Source: an uncultured Chloroflexia bacterium
GTDB lineage: Bacteria; Chloroflexota; Chloroflexia; QHBQ01; JADMIH01
Assembly (NCBI GenBank): GCA_963797095.1
Contig: CAWCNY010000006.1
Location: forward strand, 864,001 to 928,000
Direction: 5' to 3'
DNA length: 64,000 bases
Shown here piece after piece: positions 54,156-64,000 of this stretch (its first letter is position 1; each line of letters begins with the position of its first letter). Below the pieces are notes generated by a model that saw only the letters and a list, made by a program, of their open reading frames with translations, did no database searches and was not told the DNA's origin. Made by a program: the position numbers and the translations under genes.

Positions 54156-55451
54156 TTACCGAGGGTTTAGTTGCTGGCGGAGGAATTCTTCTTCGGCTGC
54201 GCGGTTGGGGAGTTTGCCGTCTAGCTTGGCGTCGAGGAGGGCTTCCAGTATGGGCCTGTAGGCTGGGCCTGGGGATAGGCCGAGCATGCGCAGGTAGTTG
54301 CCGTCGAGTTCGGGCTTGATGTGGCGCAGGTTGTCGAGATAGTTGCTCAGGTGCGCCGTGGCTTCGGTGCTGGCGGTAAGTGGTTGTATGTGGCGGAATG
54401 CTTCCAGGGCTGCCGGGTCTATGTCGTGCAGCAGCCTGTAGGTGGCCGACGGGGGTTGGTCTTCTTCATCGAGCTGTTGCCAAAGCGCCGCGACCTGGGC
54501 GGAGTCTCGCATGAGTTTGACCAGCGGGGACGGGAGATTTAGCCACCTGCCAAGTGCTTCGGCTTCGGCGGGAGCGTTTGCGCACTCGGCCGCGATCACG
54601 GCCAGGGCAGTGTCGCGGCGCTGCTCTTTGGGCAGATGTTCGGCGTCGTGGATTATTGTCCTATCGGGTGGGTAGGGCCATCCGAAGTTGGGGTGGACGT
54701 TGGTCAGGACGCCAAGCTTGTCGAGGTCGGCCAGTATTTGCTCGGCTTTGGGTTCTTCGAGGATCAGCAGTAGCTCGCGAGTGATCCTGTCGATTGAGAC
54801 GGTGGACAGCACGCCATCCCTGACGGCCTGGAGGACAAACTCAAGGGTGTGTGGTTCGATGCGCCAGCCCAGGCGGCGGGCCAGCTTGACGGCGCGGAAG
54901 ATGCGCGTGGGGTCGTCCACGAAGCTTTGGTCGTGCAGGACGCGTATCAGACCTGCGAGCAGGTCATCGAGGCCGTTGTGGGGGTCGTAAAGAGGACCGA
55001 ATGTGCCCGAAAGGATAGGGATGGCCATGGCGTTAGCAGTGAAATCGCGGCGGGCCATATCGTCGGCGATTGTGCCGCGCTGGACTGTGGGGAGAGCGCC
55101 GGGGTGCTCGTATCGCTCGTGGCGGGCGGTCACGAGATCCATGTCGAAGATGACGTTGTCGAAGGTGAGCACTGCTGTGCCGAAGTCGGGGTGCACTTCG
55201 AGCTGCGCGCCCGTTTCGTGTGCGAGGGTGCGGGCCAGAGTGGGGGCATCGCCCACTACCGCAACGTCTATGTCATAGTCGGGGATCTTGAGGAGACAAT
55301 CGCGCACGTAGCCGCCTACGAGATAGAGATCCCAGCCGTGATTGGTGGCAAGGTCGGCTGCGCGCATGAGCAAGGAGAGCGCCTCCTGAGGCATTACCTG
55401 CGGGATGCGCGTGGCGATGTAGGCGTTTATGTCTTGGGGGAGGTTGTTCAC
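54156..55451 (-). CDS. cca: CCA-adding tRNA nucleotidyltransferase
   Basis: LVGGYVRD, DYDID, FGTA, DMARRDFTANAMA, SFVDDPTRIFRA. Confidence 0.88.
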   Translation of the reverse strand: MNNLPQDINAYIATRIPQVMPQEALSLLMRAADLATNHGWDLYLVGGYVRDCLLKIPDYDIDVAVVGDAPTLARTLAHETGAQLEVHPDFGTAVLTFDNVIFDMDLVTARHERYEHPGALPTVQRGTIADDMARRDFTANAMAIPILSGTFGPLYDPHNGLDDLLAGLIRVLHDQSFVDDPTRIFRAVKLARRLGWRIEPHTLEFVLQAVRDGVLSTVSIDRITRELLLILEEPKAEQILADLDKLGVLTNVHPNFGWPYPPDRTIIHDAEHLPKEQRRDTALAVIAAECANAPAEAEALGRWLNLPSPLVKLMRDSAQVAALWQQLDEEDQPPSATYRLLHDIDPAALEAFRHIQPLTASTEATAHLSNYLDNLRHIKPELDGNYLRMLGLSPGPAYRPILEALLDAKLDGKLPNRAAEEEFLRQQLNPR

Positions 55452-55560
55452 GCTACGGCTTGTGTGCCCCGCTGCCTATGTCAGCCTGAGCGAATTGAGA
55501 ACCCAGATCCTTGGCTATATGCATGAGCCTGGTTCGCTCCAAAGTGTGATCTTGGAGAGC

Positions 55561-55589
55561 GAGATCCTTCGCTTCGCTCAGGATGACAA
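55561..55589. repeat. REP-like half element GATCCTTCGCTTCGCTCAGGATGACA
   Basis: Short intergenic hairpin resembling a widespread bacterial repeat type; only one copy in this window. Confidence 0.5.
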
Positions 55590-55640
55590 GGACCTGGAGA
55601 TGGGGCTTCTGGGCTGGTGGTTGTTTCCGTGGGTCGTAAC

Positions 55641-56819
55641 TCAGGTGCCGGTGATTTCGTGCAGGGCCCGGATCACTATCTCGTTCTCTTCTATGCTGTT
55701 GTAGAAGTAGGGGGAGATGCGGACCGTGCCGGGGCGGTAGTCTACGATGATATGGCGGTTGGCAAGCTCGCTTACTATGGGGCCGGGGTCATCGAATTCG
55801 AGCATGACGATGGCGGTGCGGTCTTCCTTGTTGGCGGGACCTCTTACTTTGTACCCTGCCTCGTGGGCGCGGTTGATCAGGTCTTCGGTGAGAGCGCTGT
55901 CGCGCTCACGTATTTTCTGGACGGTTATTTCTTCAATATAGGAGAGACCGCCTAGAGCAGCGTAGACGGAGGCCATACTGGGAGTGCCCATCTCGAAGCG
56001 CTGCGCGCCCTCGCGCCACTGTAGTGAGCCTATATCGAAGCTGAACATGTTGGACATGCCGAACCATCCGGCGAGGGACGGCTCAAGGTCTTTGTGGCGT
56101 TCGTGGACATAGAGGAAGGTGATGCCGGAGCCACCCATGAGCCATTTGAGGCTGCCCGATGTGTAGAAGTCGCAGTCCCAGTCTATGACATCGGTGGGGA
56201 CGTGGCCTGTGCCGTGGTAGGCATCGACCAGGAGGAGAGCGCCTTTGCGATGGGCGATCTCGGCAAGCTGCTTGATCTGCTGGATGGCGCCGCTGGTGAA
56301 GTAGACGTGCGAGGTGAGCACCAGGGCCGTATCGTCATCGATAGCTTCCTCGAACATTTCGAGCGGGACGGTGACCTTGTCTGGGCTGCGGAGGAACTCG
56401 ACCTCGATGCCGTCGCGGCGCTTGGCGAGGAGGCTATGGCCCACCGTAGGGAAGTCGAGGTCGGTGGCGATGATCTTCTTGCGCTTGCTGAGATCGAGGG
56501 CGCTCAACACGCTTGCCACGGTGGCGGAGATGGAAGGGCCGAGGGCTATGCGGTCTTCGGGAGCGCCCACGACGCGGCCATAGGCGGCGCGTAATTCGGC
56601 GCACTTGCCCAGCCACAGCCTGTACCAGGCGGATGCTCCCATCTCAGCCCACAGGCTCAGATACTCGTGCACGTTGGCGATGGCGCGCGTGCTGAGCGCG
56701 CCGAGCGAGCACGTGTTGAGGAATGTCTTATTGACCACGATGGGGAAATCGTCGCGGAGAGTGAGCAGATCGCGGTGGGGGTCGCTGCCTGTGCCTGTTG
56801 AGTGGGTTGTGGTTTGCAT
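55641..56819 (-). CDS. Class V PLP-dependent aminotransferase (kynureninase/cysteine-desulfurase-like)
   Basis: DFPT, SHVYFTSG, VDAYH, GSLKWLMGGSG, RFEMGTP, RISPYFYN; GGAG RBS before ATG 56819. Confidence 0.85.
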   Translation of the reverse strand: MQTTTHSTGTGSDPHRDLLTLRDDFPIVVNKTFLNTCSLGALSTRAIANVHEYLSLWAEMGASAWYRLWLGKCAELRAAYGRVVGAPEDRIALGPSISATVASVLSALDLSKRKKIIATDLDFPTVGHSLLAKRRDGIEVEFLRSPDKVTVPLEMFEEAIDDDTALVLTSHVYFTSGAIQQIKQLAEIAHRKGALLLVDAYHGTGHVPTDVIDWDCDFYTSGSLKWLMGGSGITFLYVHERHKDLEPSLAGWFGMSNMFSFDIGSLQWREGAQRFEMGTPSMASVYAALGGLSYIEEITVQKIRERDSALTEDLINRAHEAGYKVRGPANKEDRTAIVMLEFDDPGPIVSELANRHIIVDYRPGTVRISPYFYNSIEENEIVIRALHEITGT

Positions 56820-56970
56820 AGAGGTATCTCCTTCGATATCTATGCCGTATGATAACTGACTCCATGCGTCAATGCAATCAATTGGGTTCGATGTTCGATT
56901 GACAACGCGTTTCGGGCAGGCATATACTGAACTAGCGACCGTACCAATTAATGGGAGGCTGTTAAACGCC

Positions 56971-58696
56971 ATGTTCCAGACCGCGCGGCTTCAACGCCGC
57001 TTCAACCTGCCTTATGTTGTATTGTTCGTGCTTTCGACGGTGCTATCGTCTCTCGCGCTTGGTGCGTGCGACAACTCGAACAGCACGCCCACCAAGCCCG
57101 ATAACGCTATTGAGATCAGCTTTGCTTATTCGTCGGAGAAGCAGCCGTGGATCGATCCTCTGGCCGCCAAGTTCAACGGCGAGCGACATAAACTGCCTGG
57201 GAGCGACCGTCCCATTTACATAAACGCGTTTGTGGCAGACAGCGGCACTGAAGAGCAGGCAATCGCGCGTGGCACAGATCACCCGGTCGTCTATTCTCCT
57301 TCCAACTCGCTCTGGAAGTCGGTGCTCAACTTCGAGGCGGATTCGGAGCTTGGCGGATCGGGGCCGGGCGATGCCGATCCGCTGCTCCTTAACCCGGTGG
57401 TGCTCGCTATGTGGAAGCCGATGGCGGAGGCGCTGGGTTGGCCCAGCAAGCCGATCGGTTTGCGCGACATCCTGGCGCTGAACGAGAACCCCGAAGGGTG
57501 GGGCGCTGTGGGCCACCCTGAGTGGGGGCCGTTTAAGTACGCGCACACCAACCCTGACGTGTCGTCAACGGGACTGTCGACCGTGGCCGCCGAGTTCTAC
57601 GCGGGCGCGGGCAAGACGAGCGGCCTCACCGAAGACGATGTTAATAACGAGGATGTGCGCCAGTTCGTGCAGGCAATCGAGAGCAGCATCGTTCACTACA
57701 GCGCCACCACCACTATCTTCAAGGAGAACGTGCGTACCGGAGGCATGAGTTACATATCGGCGGTGGCCCTGGAAGAGCAGACGGTAATAGAGCTTAATAA
57801 GACGGGCACCATGCCGACACCGCTTGTGGGGATCTATCCTAAGGAGGGGACGTTCTGGCACGACAACCCTTACATCATACTCAAGGGTTCGTGGGTGACG
57901 GACGAGATGAGGCAGGCCGCAGGCATGTTCCGCGACTATCTGCTTCAGCCTGAGAACCAGCAGCAGGCCCTTGCCCTGGGGTTCAGGCCCGCCAACCCGA
58001 CAGTTTCCTATCGAACGGAGCCGTTTACGCTCAACAACGGCGTGGACCCCGATCAGCCCAAGACGACATTGCAGGTGCCTTCGCCCCGCGTGCTGGTGGC
58101 GGTGAAGGATGCGTGGGGAATCCTGCGCAAAGAGGCGAACATTATGCTTGTGCTGGACGTGTCGCCTTCGATGGACGACCAGGACAAGCTGCAAAACGCC
58201 CTGGATGGGCTGAGCCTGTTCCTTGACCAAACGCGGGATGTTGATCGCGTGGGGTTTGTGGCGTTCGACAGGGATGCCCACCTGCTGGTGCCGATCGATA
58301 CGCTATCCAAGAACTCGCTCTAGGATCATGTCGTACATAAACAACCCGGATAGGCTGCCGCGCAGCAATTCGACCGCTATTTACAATGGTGTGGCGAAGG
58401 CACTTGACGAATTGGACAGGTTGAACGACAAAGAGCACATAAACGCAATCGTACTGCTGACCGATGGGCAGGACAACTCAAGCTCAAGCGCGAACAAGAG
58501 GCAGGTGCCCACCCGCCTGCGGAAAGACCGCGACCAGTTGTGGGCTGTGAAGCTATTCCCTATAGCCTATGGCAGCGGCGACGCGGTGGATACCGATGTA
58601 TTGACCAATTTTGCCAGCATCACGCAGACCCGCCTGGTATCGGGGGACACGAGTGATATCAGGAAGATATACGACGAGATGAGCAACTACTTCTAG
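56971..58696 (+). pseudogene. Solute-binding-domain + vWA lipoprotein split by a +1 frameshift near 58315
   Basis: Lipobox LGAC, YSSEK and VLDVSPSM (MIDAS) in ORF 56872-58323; TAIYN and IVLLTDGQD in ORF 58223-58696. Deleting one base gives continuous LSKNRSRIMSY. Confidence 0.75.
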
Positions 58697-58704
58697 GTGG
58701 GTCT

Positions 58705-61227
58705 TTAGCTGGAGATGCCGGGGCGGTCTTTGGCGTAGGCAACGGCGTCTGCGAGAGGCATGGCGTGCCCCACAGTCCAGGCCGCATTGAACTCAGGCTC
58801 GCTCAACGCTTCTTTGAGGGTTGATATGTCGTTGGCTATTTCGACTCGATTGGGTTCATCTATTGTAATGCCCGCGGACTGGCGGAGAGCATCTGCTACG
58901 GCAAAGAGCCGGGTGGCTTTGGCCGGGTTTCCCTGCTTGACGTCTATCCTGGCGATTTCCTCAAATGTATAGGCGATCATGGCGGTTGTACCCATCTCCA
59001 CAAACTCTGTGAGGCATCTGCCAAAGCGAGAGGCCGCGATCACGTATTCGCCCAACTCGTAGGCTGCTTTTCCGGCCAGGCCGTTGGAGAAGGTCACTAT
59101 CTCTTTGCTACCGACCTCGGCGTTCATGGCCGCACACTCGTCGGCGTATGCAATCGCGCGCCTGTACTCGCCCTTTCTGAGGGCTACCATGCCCAGGTTT
59201 TGCAGGATAACCGATATCTCAAAGGGAGCGCCAAGCTTGCGCCGGATGGCCAGCGCTTCTTCGTACAAGATAAGTGCCTGGTCGTGATCCTGCCTGCGTG
59301 ACAGGACAGAGGCCCGAATCGCCAGGCTCTTTGCCACGTCGAGTTGGTCGTCTAGCTCCCTGAAAACCGGCTCACACTCAAGGGCGCATTCCAGGGCGCG
59401 GTCATAATCGCCCATCAACAGGAAAACTCCCCCCAGACTGAGGAAGGCATTTGCAAGGAGGGGCCGGTCGCCCAACTCTCTGCTGAGGCTGATAGCCTCG
59501 GAAAGATAGTGCTCGGCCTCTGTGCGCAAACCTTGCCTGTTGGAAATCACACCTGCCGCAATCAGCGCCTCGATCCTTGCGTCCGGAGCGGCGTTCTTGC
59601 CCTGAGAGAGTGCCTGTTCAGTCCATCTAACTCCTTCCTGGCGATAGCCCCGGTTGAGCCAGAACTTCCTCATCACGCCCACCAATCGCAGCGCGATCTC
59701 GGTCTGGTTGTTCTTGAGGGTCCAATCGAGGGTGGTTCGGATGTCGCCATATACCGCTTCGATGCGATCAAGCCACAACTTTTGGGTTGGGCCTCTCATC
59801 TCCTGGTTGCCGGTGAGGGCTATGCCAAGGAAGTAGCGTGCGTGATTCAGGGCGATTTGATAGGTTTCTCCTGCCGTCTCTAGCTGCCTCAGGGCATACT
59901 CACGCACAGGAATCAACATCCCAAAGTGCGGCTCCGTATCTGGGCTCCGGCTTGTGACCTCCGGGGCATGGGACCGTTCGTACAGGTGCAGGAGGCTCTG
60001 GTCGAGGACCGCTTCCAGGTCTTCAAGGGTGGCCTCTGCCACCTTCTCGGCGGCGTCCAGGGTGAATGGCCCGGCGAAGATGCCCAGGCGACGGAATAAT
60101 TGTTGTTCATTGGCGCTCAGGAGCCTGTAGCTTGACTCCAGGGAGTCGAGCAAAGCTCTCTGCTGGACGGGTGCATCTCGCGGGCCACCTGTGAGCACGT
60201 TAAAGGGTTGTTCGAGCCGAGCGAGGAGGGTCGAGAGCGACAAGAGGCGGGTCCTGGCTGCTGCCAATTCGATGGCCAGGGGCAGACCTTCCAGGCGAGC
60301 ACAGATCGCGGCCACAATGGGAGCATTGTCGGGGGTTAGCTCGAAATTATCCTTGACATCGCGCCCTCGCTCGACGAAAAGGGCTACCGAGCCGATATGC
60401 GCCAGTTCCTCAAGCGGAGGCAGGTGTTCTGGATCGGGCACTTCCAGGGGCGGCACTTCTACCAATTTCTCGCCGCGCACATGCAGGGGCGAGCGGCTGG
60501 TCACGAGCACTTTCAATTGGTGCGCAACCGCCAGCAGGTCGGTGAGCAAGGGTGCAGCCCGCACTACCTGCTCGAAGTTATCCAGGATCAGGAGCATCTG
60601 CTTGTCTCGCAAGGCGATTTGCAGGCTTTCCAGCACCGGACGCCCAGGCGCTTCGCTCACACCTAATCGTTCGGCAATCGTGGGAGCCACAAGCGCGGGA
60701 TCGGCTATGGGACCGAGGGGCACATAAAGCAGCCCATCCTTGAAGTCGGCTTGCAACGCGGATGCCAATGCGTTGCTCAGGCTCGTTTTGCCCACACCGG
60801 GAGGTCCAAGCAGGGTAAGGAGGCGGGTGGTCGAGCGCCAGAGGAGGTTCTTCATGTGGGCGAGGTCCTGCTCGCGGCCAATCAGGGGCGTGGGCAGGAT
60901 CGGGAGGGTAGGTGCGGTGCCCGGCGCAGTAGCCGGTTGCGGAGTCGTGGCGGCAGCAGTCGTGGGGGGTTCACCAGTGGCCGGTGGGGATGCTCCGGAG
61001 ACGATACCACGCGCCCACAGCACAAAGGTCTCGCGCTCGCCGGGGTCAACACGAAGGAAGTCGGCCAGGATTTCCGCTATCTGACGGGACGGCCTGCGAT
61101 TCCCTGCTTCGATCTTGCGAATCGTGTCAGGGGAATAGCCTGTCCCCTCGGCGACCGCCTCCTGGGTGAGATCAAGCTCACGACGGCGCTGTTTTAGCCA
61201 TTGCCCAAATGTCGATGCGGAGTCCAT
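58705..61227 (-). CDS. XRE-HTH / STAND ATPase / TPR transcriptional regulator
   Basis: FGQWLKQRR..LTQEAVA..IEAGNRRPS; GPPGVGKT, LLILDNFEQ, LEGLPLAIELAA; TPR C-terminus. Confidence 0.9.
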   Translation of the reverse strand: MDSASTFGQWLKQRRRELDLTQEAVAEGTGYSPDTIRKIEAGNRRPSRQIAEILADFLRVDPGERETFVLWARGIVSGASPPATGEPPTTAAATTPQPATAPGTAPTLPILPTPLIGREQDLAHMKNLLWRSTTRLLTLLGPPGVGKTSLSNALASALQADFKDGLLYVPLGPIADPALVAPTIAERLGVSEAPGRPVLESLQIALRDKQMLLILDNFEQVVRAAPLLTDLLAVAHQLKVLVTSRSPLHVRGEKLVEVPPLEVPDPEHLPPLEELAHIGSVALFVERGRDVKDNFELTPDNAPIVAAICARLEGLPLAIELAAARTRLLSLSTLLARLEQPFNVLTGGPRDAPVQQRALLDSLESSYRLLSANEQQLFRRLGIFAGPFTLDAAEKVAEATLEDLEAVLDQSLLHLYERSHAPEVTSRSPDTEPHFGMLIPVREYALRQLETAGETYQIALNHARYFLGIALTGNQEMRGPTQKLWLDRIEAVYGDIRTTLDWTLKNNQTEIALRLVGVMRKFWLNRGYRQEGVRWTEQALSQGKNAAPDARIEALIAAGVISNRQGLRTEAEHYLSEAISLSRELGDRPLLANAFLSLGGVFLLMGDYDRALECALECEPVFRELDDQLDVAKSLAIRASVLSRRQDHDQALILYEEALAIRRKLGAPFEISVILQNLGMVALRKGEYRRAIAYADECAAMNAEVGSKEIVTFSNGLAGKAAYELGEYVIAASRFGRCLTEFVEMGTTAMIAYTFEEIARIDVKQGNPAKATRLFAVADALRQSAGITIDEPNRVEIANDISTLKEALSEPEFNAAWTVGHAMPLADAVAYAKDRPGISS

Positions 61228-61310
61228 GTGATATAATAATCGCTATAGTTGCAAGGAGTCACCCACATTTGTCCACAGGCTATTCTGACGCAGAGTACGC
61301 ACCCTACAGT

Positions 61311-61700
61311 GTGATCGACGTGCTCAATTACGGCGGGTTTTTCGGCGGCGAGACCGTCACACTGGACGCTCGTCCTTTCGCGAACCCCGACCGTATTATT
61401 AGTTATATCATCCCGGAGCACCTTTTTGACAATCTTACACAGCGTCATCTGATCCAGCCTGGGGTGGCCCTCGGGTTGGTGGTAGATGGTGGGGAGGTGC
61501 GCGCGGCTCGCGTGCTTGGCGCACCCACCCGCGAGCAGTTGAAGGAGCTGGTCAAGCCCCAGCCGCATGAGGAAGGTGGACCTGGCCCTCGCGCCCTGTC
61601 GTATCGCTGCGCGAATTGCGACCTGTGGATTACCGGCATGCCGGACCGTCGTGACGATGGCTCCTATTACTGCCGCCTGTGCGGCACTAAACTAGGCTAA
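61311..61700 (+). CDS. Hypothetical protein with C-terminal zinc ribbon (start uncertain)
   Basis: CANC...CRLC; stop lies 9 bp before the M42 gene. Confidence 0.55.
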   Translation: MIDVLNYGGFFGGETVTLDARPFANPDRIISYIIPEHLFDNLTQRHLIQPGVALGLVVDGGEVRAARVLGAPTREQLKELVKPQPHEEGGPGPRALSYRCANCDLWITGMPDRRDDGSYYCRLCGTKLG

Positions 61701-61709
61701 GGAGATATC

Positions 61710-62786
61710 ATGGACGATACCCTGCAATTACTGAAAGACCTGACGGACGCGCCCGGTGTACCGGGGCAAGAAGGACCGGTGCGCGAGGTGATGGAGCGCT
61801 ATCTGGCTCCTCACGGCGAGCTTATGTACGACAACCTTGGCTCTGTCGTGGGTATGAGACGCGGCAAAGGCGCGGGCGACAACGCACCCAAGGTGCTCAT
61901 AGCGGGCCACATGGACGAAGTGGGATTCATGGTCACCATGATAGATGACAATGGATTCATCAAGTTCCAGACGCTGGGGGGCTGGTGGGAGCAGGTGATG
62001 CTTGCCCAGCGCGTGCTGGTGCGCACCCGCAAGGGCGACCTGATCGGGGTGTTCGGCTCTAAACCTCCCCACATTCTCCCGGCTGACGAGCGCAAGAAGC
62101 CTGTCGAAAAGAGCGACATGTTCATCGACATCGGAGTGATGAGCAAAGAGGAAGCAATCGAAGCGGGTGTGCGCCCCGGCGACCCGATCATACCGATCTG
62201 CCCGTTCGCACAGATGGCGAACCCCAAGATGATGCTTGCTAAAGCGTGGGACAACCGCTTTGGGTGCGCCCTGGCGGTAGAGGCTTTCCGCGAGATAGGT
62301 AATGACCATCCCAACATTATCTACGCGGGTGCGACCGTTCAGGAAGAGGTAGGGCTGCGAGGCGCGGCAACACTCGCCAATATGACCAAGCCCGATATCG
62401 CGATCTCGCTCGACGTGGGGATCGCAGGCGATACGCCCGGCATCAAGAAGCATGAGGCGCAGAGCAAGATGGGCGATGGGCCGATCATCCTGATCTATGA
62501 TGGCTCGCTGATCCCGCATCTTAAGCTGCGTAATCTGTTCATCGACGTGGCCGAAGACGAGAAGATACCATACCAGTTCGACTCGGTGGCCGCGGGTGGC
62601 ACCGATGGTGGGCGCTTCCAGTTAGCCTGGGAGGGCGCTCCGTCGATCAACATCGGTGTGCCTACGCGCTACATACACTCGGCAACCTCGATGATGAACC
62701 TGGACGACTTCAACAACGCCACCCGCCTGCTGGTCGCGGTCCTGAAACGCCTGGACGCGAAGACGGTTGCGGAGTTGAAAAGATAG
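61710..62786 (+). CDS. M42 family metallopeptidase
   Basis: AGHMDEVG, KAWDNRFG, VQEEVGLRGA, GGTDGG, RYIHS. Confidence 0.92.
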   Translation: MDDTLQLLKDLTDAPGVPGQEGPVREVMERYLAPHGELMYDNLGSVVGMRRGKGAGDNAPKVLIAGHMDEVGFMVTMIDDNGFIKFQTLGGWWEQVMLAQRVLVRTRKGDLIGVFGSKPPHILPADERKKPVEKSDMFIDIGVMSKEEAIEAGVRPGDPIIPICPFAQMANPKMMLAKAWDNRFGCALAVEAFREIGNDHPNIIYAGATVQEEVGLRGAATLANMTKPDIAISLDVGIAGDTPGIKKHEAQSKMGDGPIILIYDGSLIPHLKLRNLFIDVAEDEKIPYQFDSVAAGGTDGGRFQLAWEGAPSINIGVPTRYIHSATSMMNLDDFNNATRLLVAVLKRLDAKTVAELKR

Positions 62787-62787
62787 G

Positions 62788-62889
62788 ACGTGATACGTGA
62801 TACGTGAACTACTGCGTACTTCGTATTGCGTAATTACTTGTCACTCGTCACTCGTAATCACGTATCACGTATCACGTATCACGTATCAC
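62788..62889. repeat. Inverted arrays of heptamer repeats (ACGTGAT)n ... (ATCACGT)n
   Basis: About 3 copies at 62788-62807 and about 4.7 inverted copies at 62857-62889, with TCACTCG units between. Confidence 0.85.
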
Positions 62890-62906
62890 CCACAGGAGAC
62901 ACAACA

Positions 62907-64000
62907 ATGAAGTTGAGACTCGCGGAACGGATGTATCGCCTGGGCACAGAGACCGCCTTCGAGGTGGCTGCGCGGGCGCGGGCATTGGAGGCTCAGGGCA
63001 AGCCGATCATCCACCTGGAGATCGGAGAGCCTGACTTTGACACGCCTACGCACGTGCGCAAGGCCGCAGCCGAGGCGCTCGACGAGGGCTATACCCACTA
63101 CACCGGTTCAACAGGCATACCGGAATTGCGCAAGGCGATTGCTGAATATGCAGGCAAGAATCGCGGGCTTGAGTTCGACCCAGAAAACGTGGTTGTCACT
63201 CCCGGCGCGAAGCCGATCATGTTCTACACGATTATGGCCCTGATCGAGCCGGGTGATGAAGTGATCTATCCCAACCCCGGCTTCCCGATCTACGAGTCGA
63301 TGATCAACTTCCTGGGGGGGGTGGCTATTCCCCTCCAACTGAGCGAGCGACGAGACTTTCGCGTCAACCTGGAGGAGCTTGAGGCCAAGATTTCTTCCAA
63401 GACGCGCATGATTATTATCAACTCGCCGCACAACCCCACAGGTGGGGTGCTTACTTACGACGATCTGGAGCAGATCGCCCGCCTCGCGGTCAAGCACGAC
63501 CTGGTTGTGCTGGCCGATGAGATCTACAGCGAGATTCTTTATGAAGGGAAGCATCACACAATACTGAGCTTTCCCGGCATGATGGGCCGCACGATCCTGC
63601 TGGACGGCTTCTCCAAGACATTCGCCATGACAGGTTGGAGATTGGGTTACGGCATATTCCCAGGGGAGTTGATCCCGCATATCGGACGCTTGATTGTCAA
63701 TAGCGTGTCATGTACTTCGACCTTCAGCCAGCGTGCCGCGATCCATGCGCTCACAGGCCCGCGCAAAGAGATTGATGCCATGCTTGATGCGTTTACCCGC
63801 AGGCGCGAGCTGATCTACAAGGGCATCAACGAGATACCGGGCCTGCGGTGCAACAAGCCGGAAGGGGCATTCTACTCCTTCCCCAATATCACCGACACCG
63901 GCCTTACTTCACGGGAGTACGCAGACTATCTCTTGAGTGAGGCGGACGTGGCGGTGCTACCTGGCACTTCGTTCGGTGAGTTCGGCGAAGGGTATATCCG
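62907..64000 (+). CDS. Class I/II PLP-dependent aminotransferase (aspartate aminotransferase-like); 3'-truncated
   Basis: AGGAG RBS; MKLRLAERM...HLEIGEPDFDTP, INSPHNPTG, DEIY, DGFSKTFAMTGWRLGY; absent from the ORF track because no stop falls in the window. Confidence 0.92.
   Translation, partial: MKLRLAERMYRLGTETAFEVAARARALEAQGKPIIHLEIGEPDFDTPTHVRKAAAEALDEGYTHYTGSTGIPELRKAIAEYAGKNRGLEFDPENVVVTPGAKPIMFYTIMALIEPGDEVIYPNPGFPIYESMINFLGGVAIPLQLSERRDFRVNLEELEAKISSKTRMIIINSPHNPTGGVLTYDDLEQIARLAVKHDLVVLADEIYSEILYEGKHHTILSFPGMMGRTILLDGFSKTFAMTGWRLGYGIFPGELIPHIGRLIVNSVSCTSTFSQRAAIHALTGPRKEIDAMLDAFTRRRELIYKGINEIPGLRCNKPEGAFYSFPNITDTGLTSREYADYLLSEADVAVLPGTSFGEFGEGYI

Noticed and set aside
58300-58335. 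Programmed frameshift or stop read-through
   Set aside because: No slippery sequence or stimulatory structure seen, and read-through of the TAG would not restore the vWA frame.
58705-61227. STAND ATPase as an antiphage (Avs-like) system
   Set aside because: The N-terminus is an XRE HTH with no nuclease or other effector domain; this is a common regulator architecture and there are no defence neighbours.

Overview
This is a GC-rich bacterial chromosome window, probably Chloroflexota. That call is an inference from the 'FGYxIS..VQWFERARFEYHPE..VLLGLLG' surface repeats, the TIGR03663/NHL fusions and the heptameric intergenic repeats. Contents in order: (1) the end of a carotenoid cluster (CrtP/CrtQ-type desaturase, DUF2085-like protein, CruA/CruP-type lycopene cyclase); (2) folC and a menG-rex pair with an upstream Rex box; (3) a ~17 kb lipid-carrier glycosylation locus with four GT-C-fold membrane proteins (two with NHL propellers, one of these also with PA14-like domains), a GT2, a UPF0104 flippase-like protein and uppP; (4) an SNase-like nuclease whose stop codon was hit by a complete ISKra4-like IS; (5) a yceD-rpmF-fabH-fabD-accC-asp23-nusB cluster ending in two atypical acyl carrier proteins; (6) tatC, rqcH, gmk, rlmB, a small redox/regulator cluster, a secreted glycoside hydrolase, a CCA-adding enzyme, a frameshifted SBP-vWA lipoprotein, a STAND regulator, an M42 peptidase and a truncated aminotransferase. 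No rRNA, tRNA or CRISPR array was seen. The most unusual signals are: six 20-bp tandem repeats inside the transposase that keep it in frame only when copy number is a multiple of 3; a 57-bp motif present three times, each about 100 bp upstream of a co-oriented gene; a Ser-less ACP beside an ACP with a 28-aa-periodic N-terminal extension; and an unannotated 31-aa Lys-rich ORF with its own promoter and hairpin. Family names come from motif recognition, not database searches.
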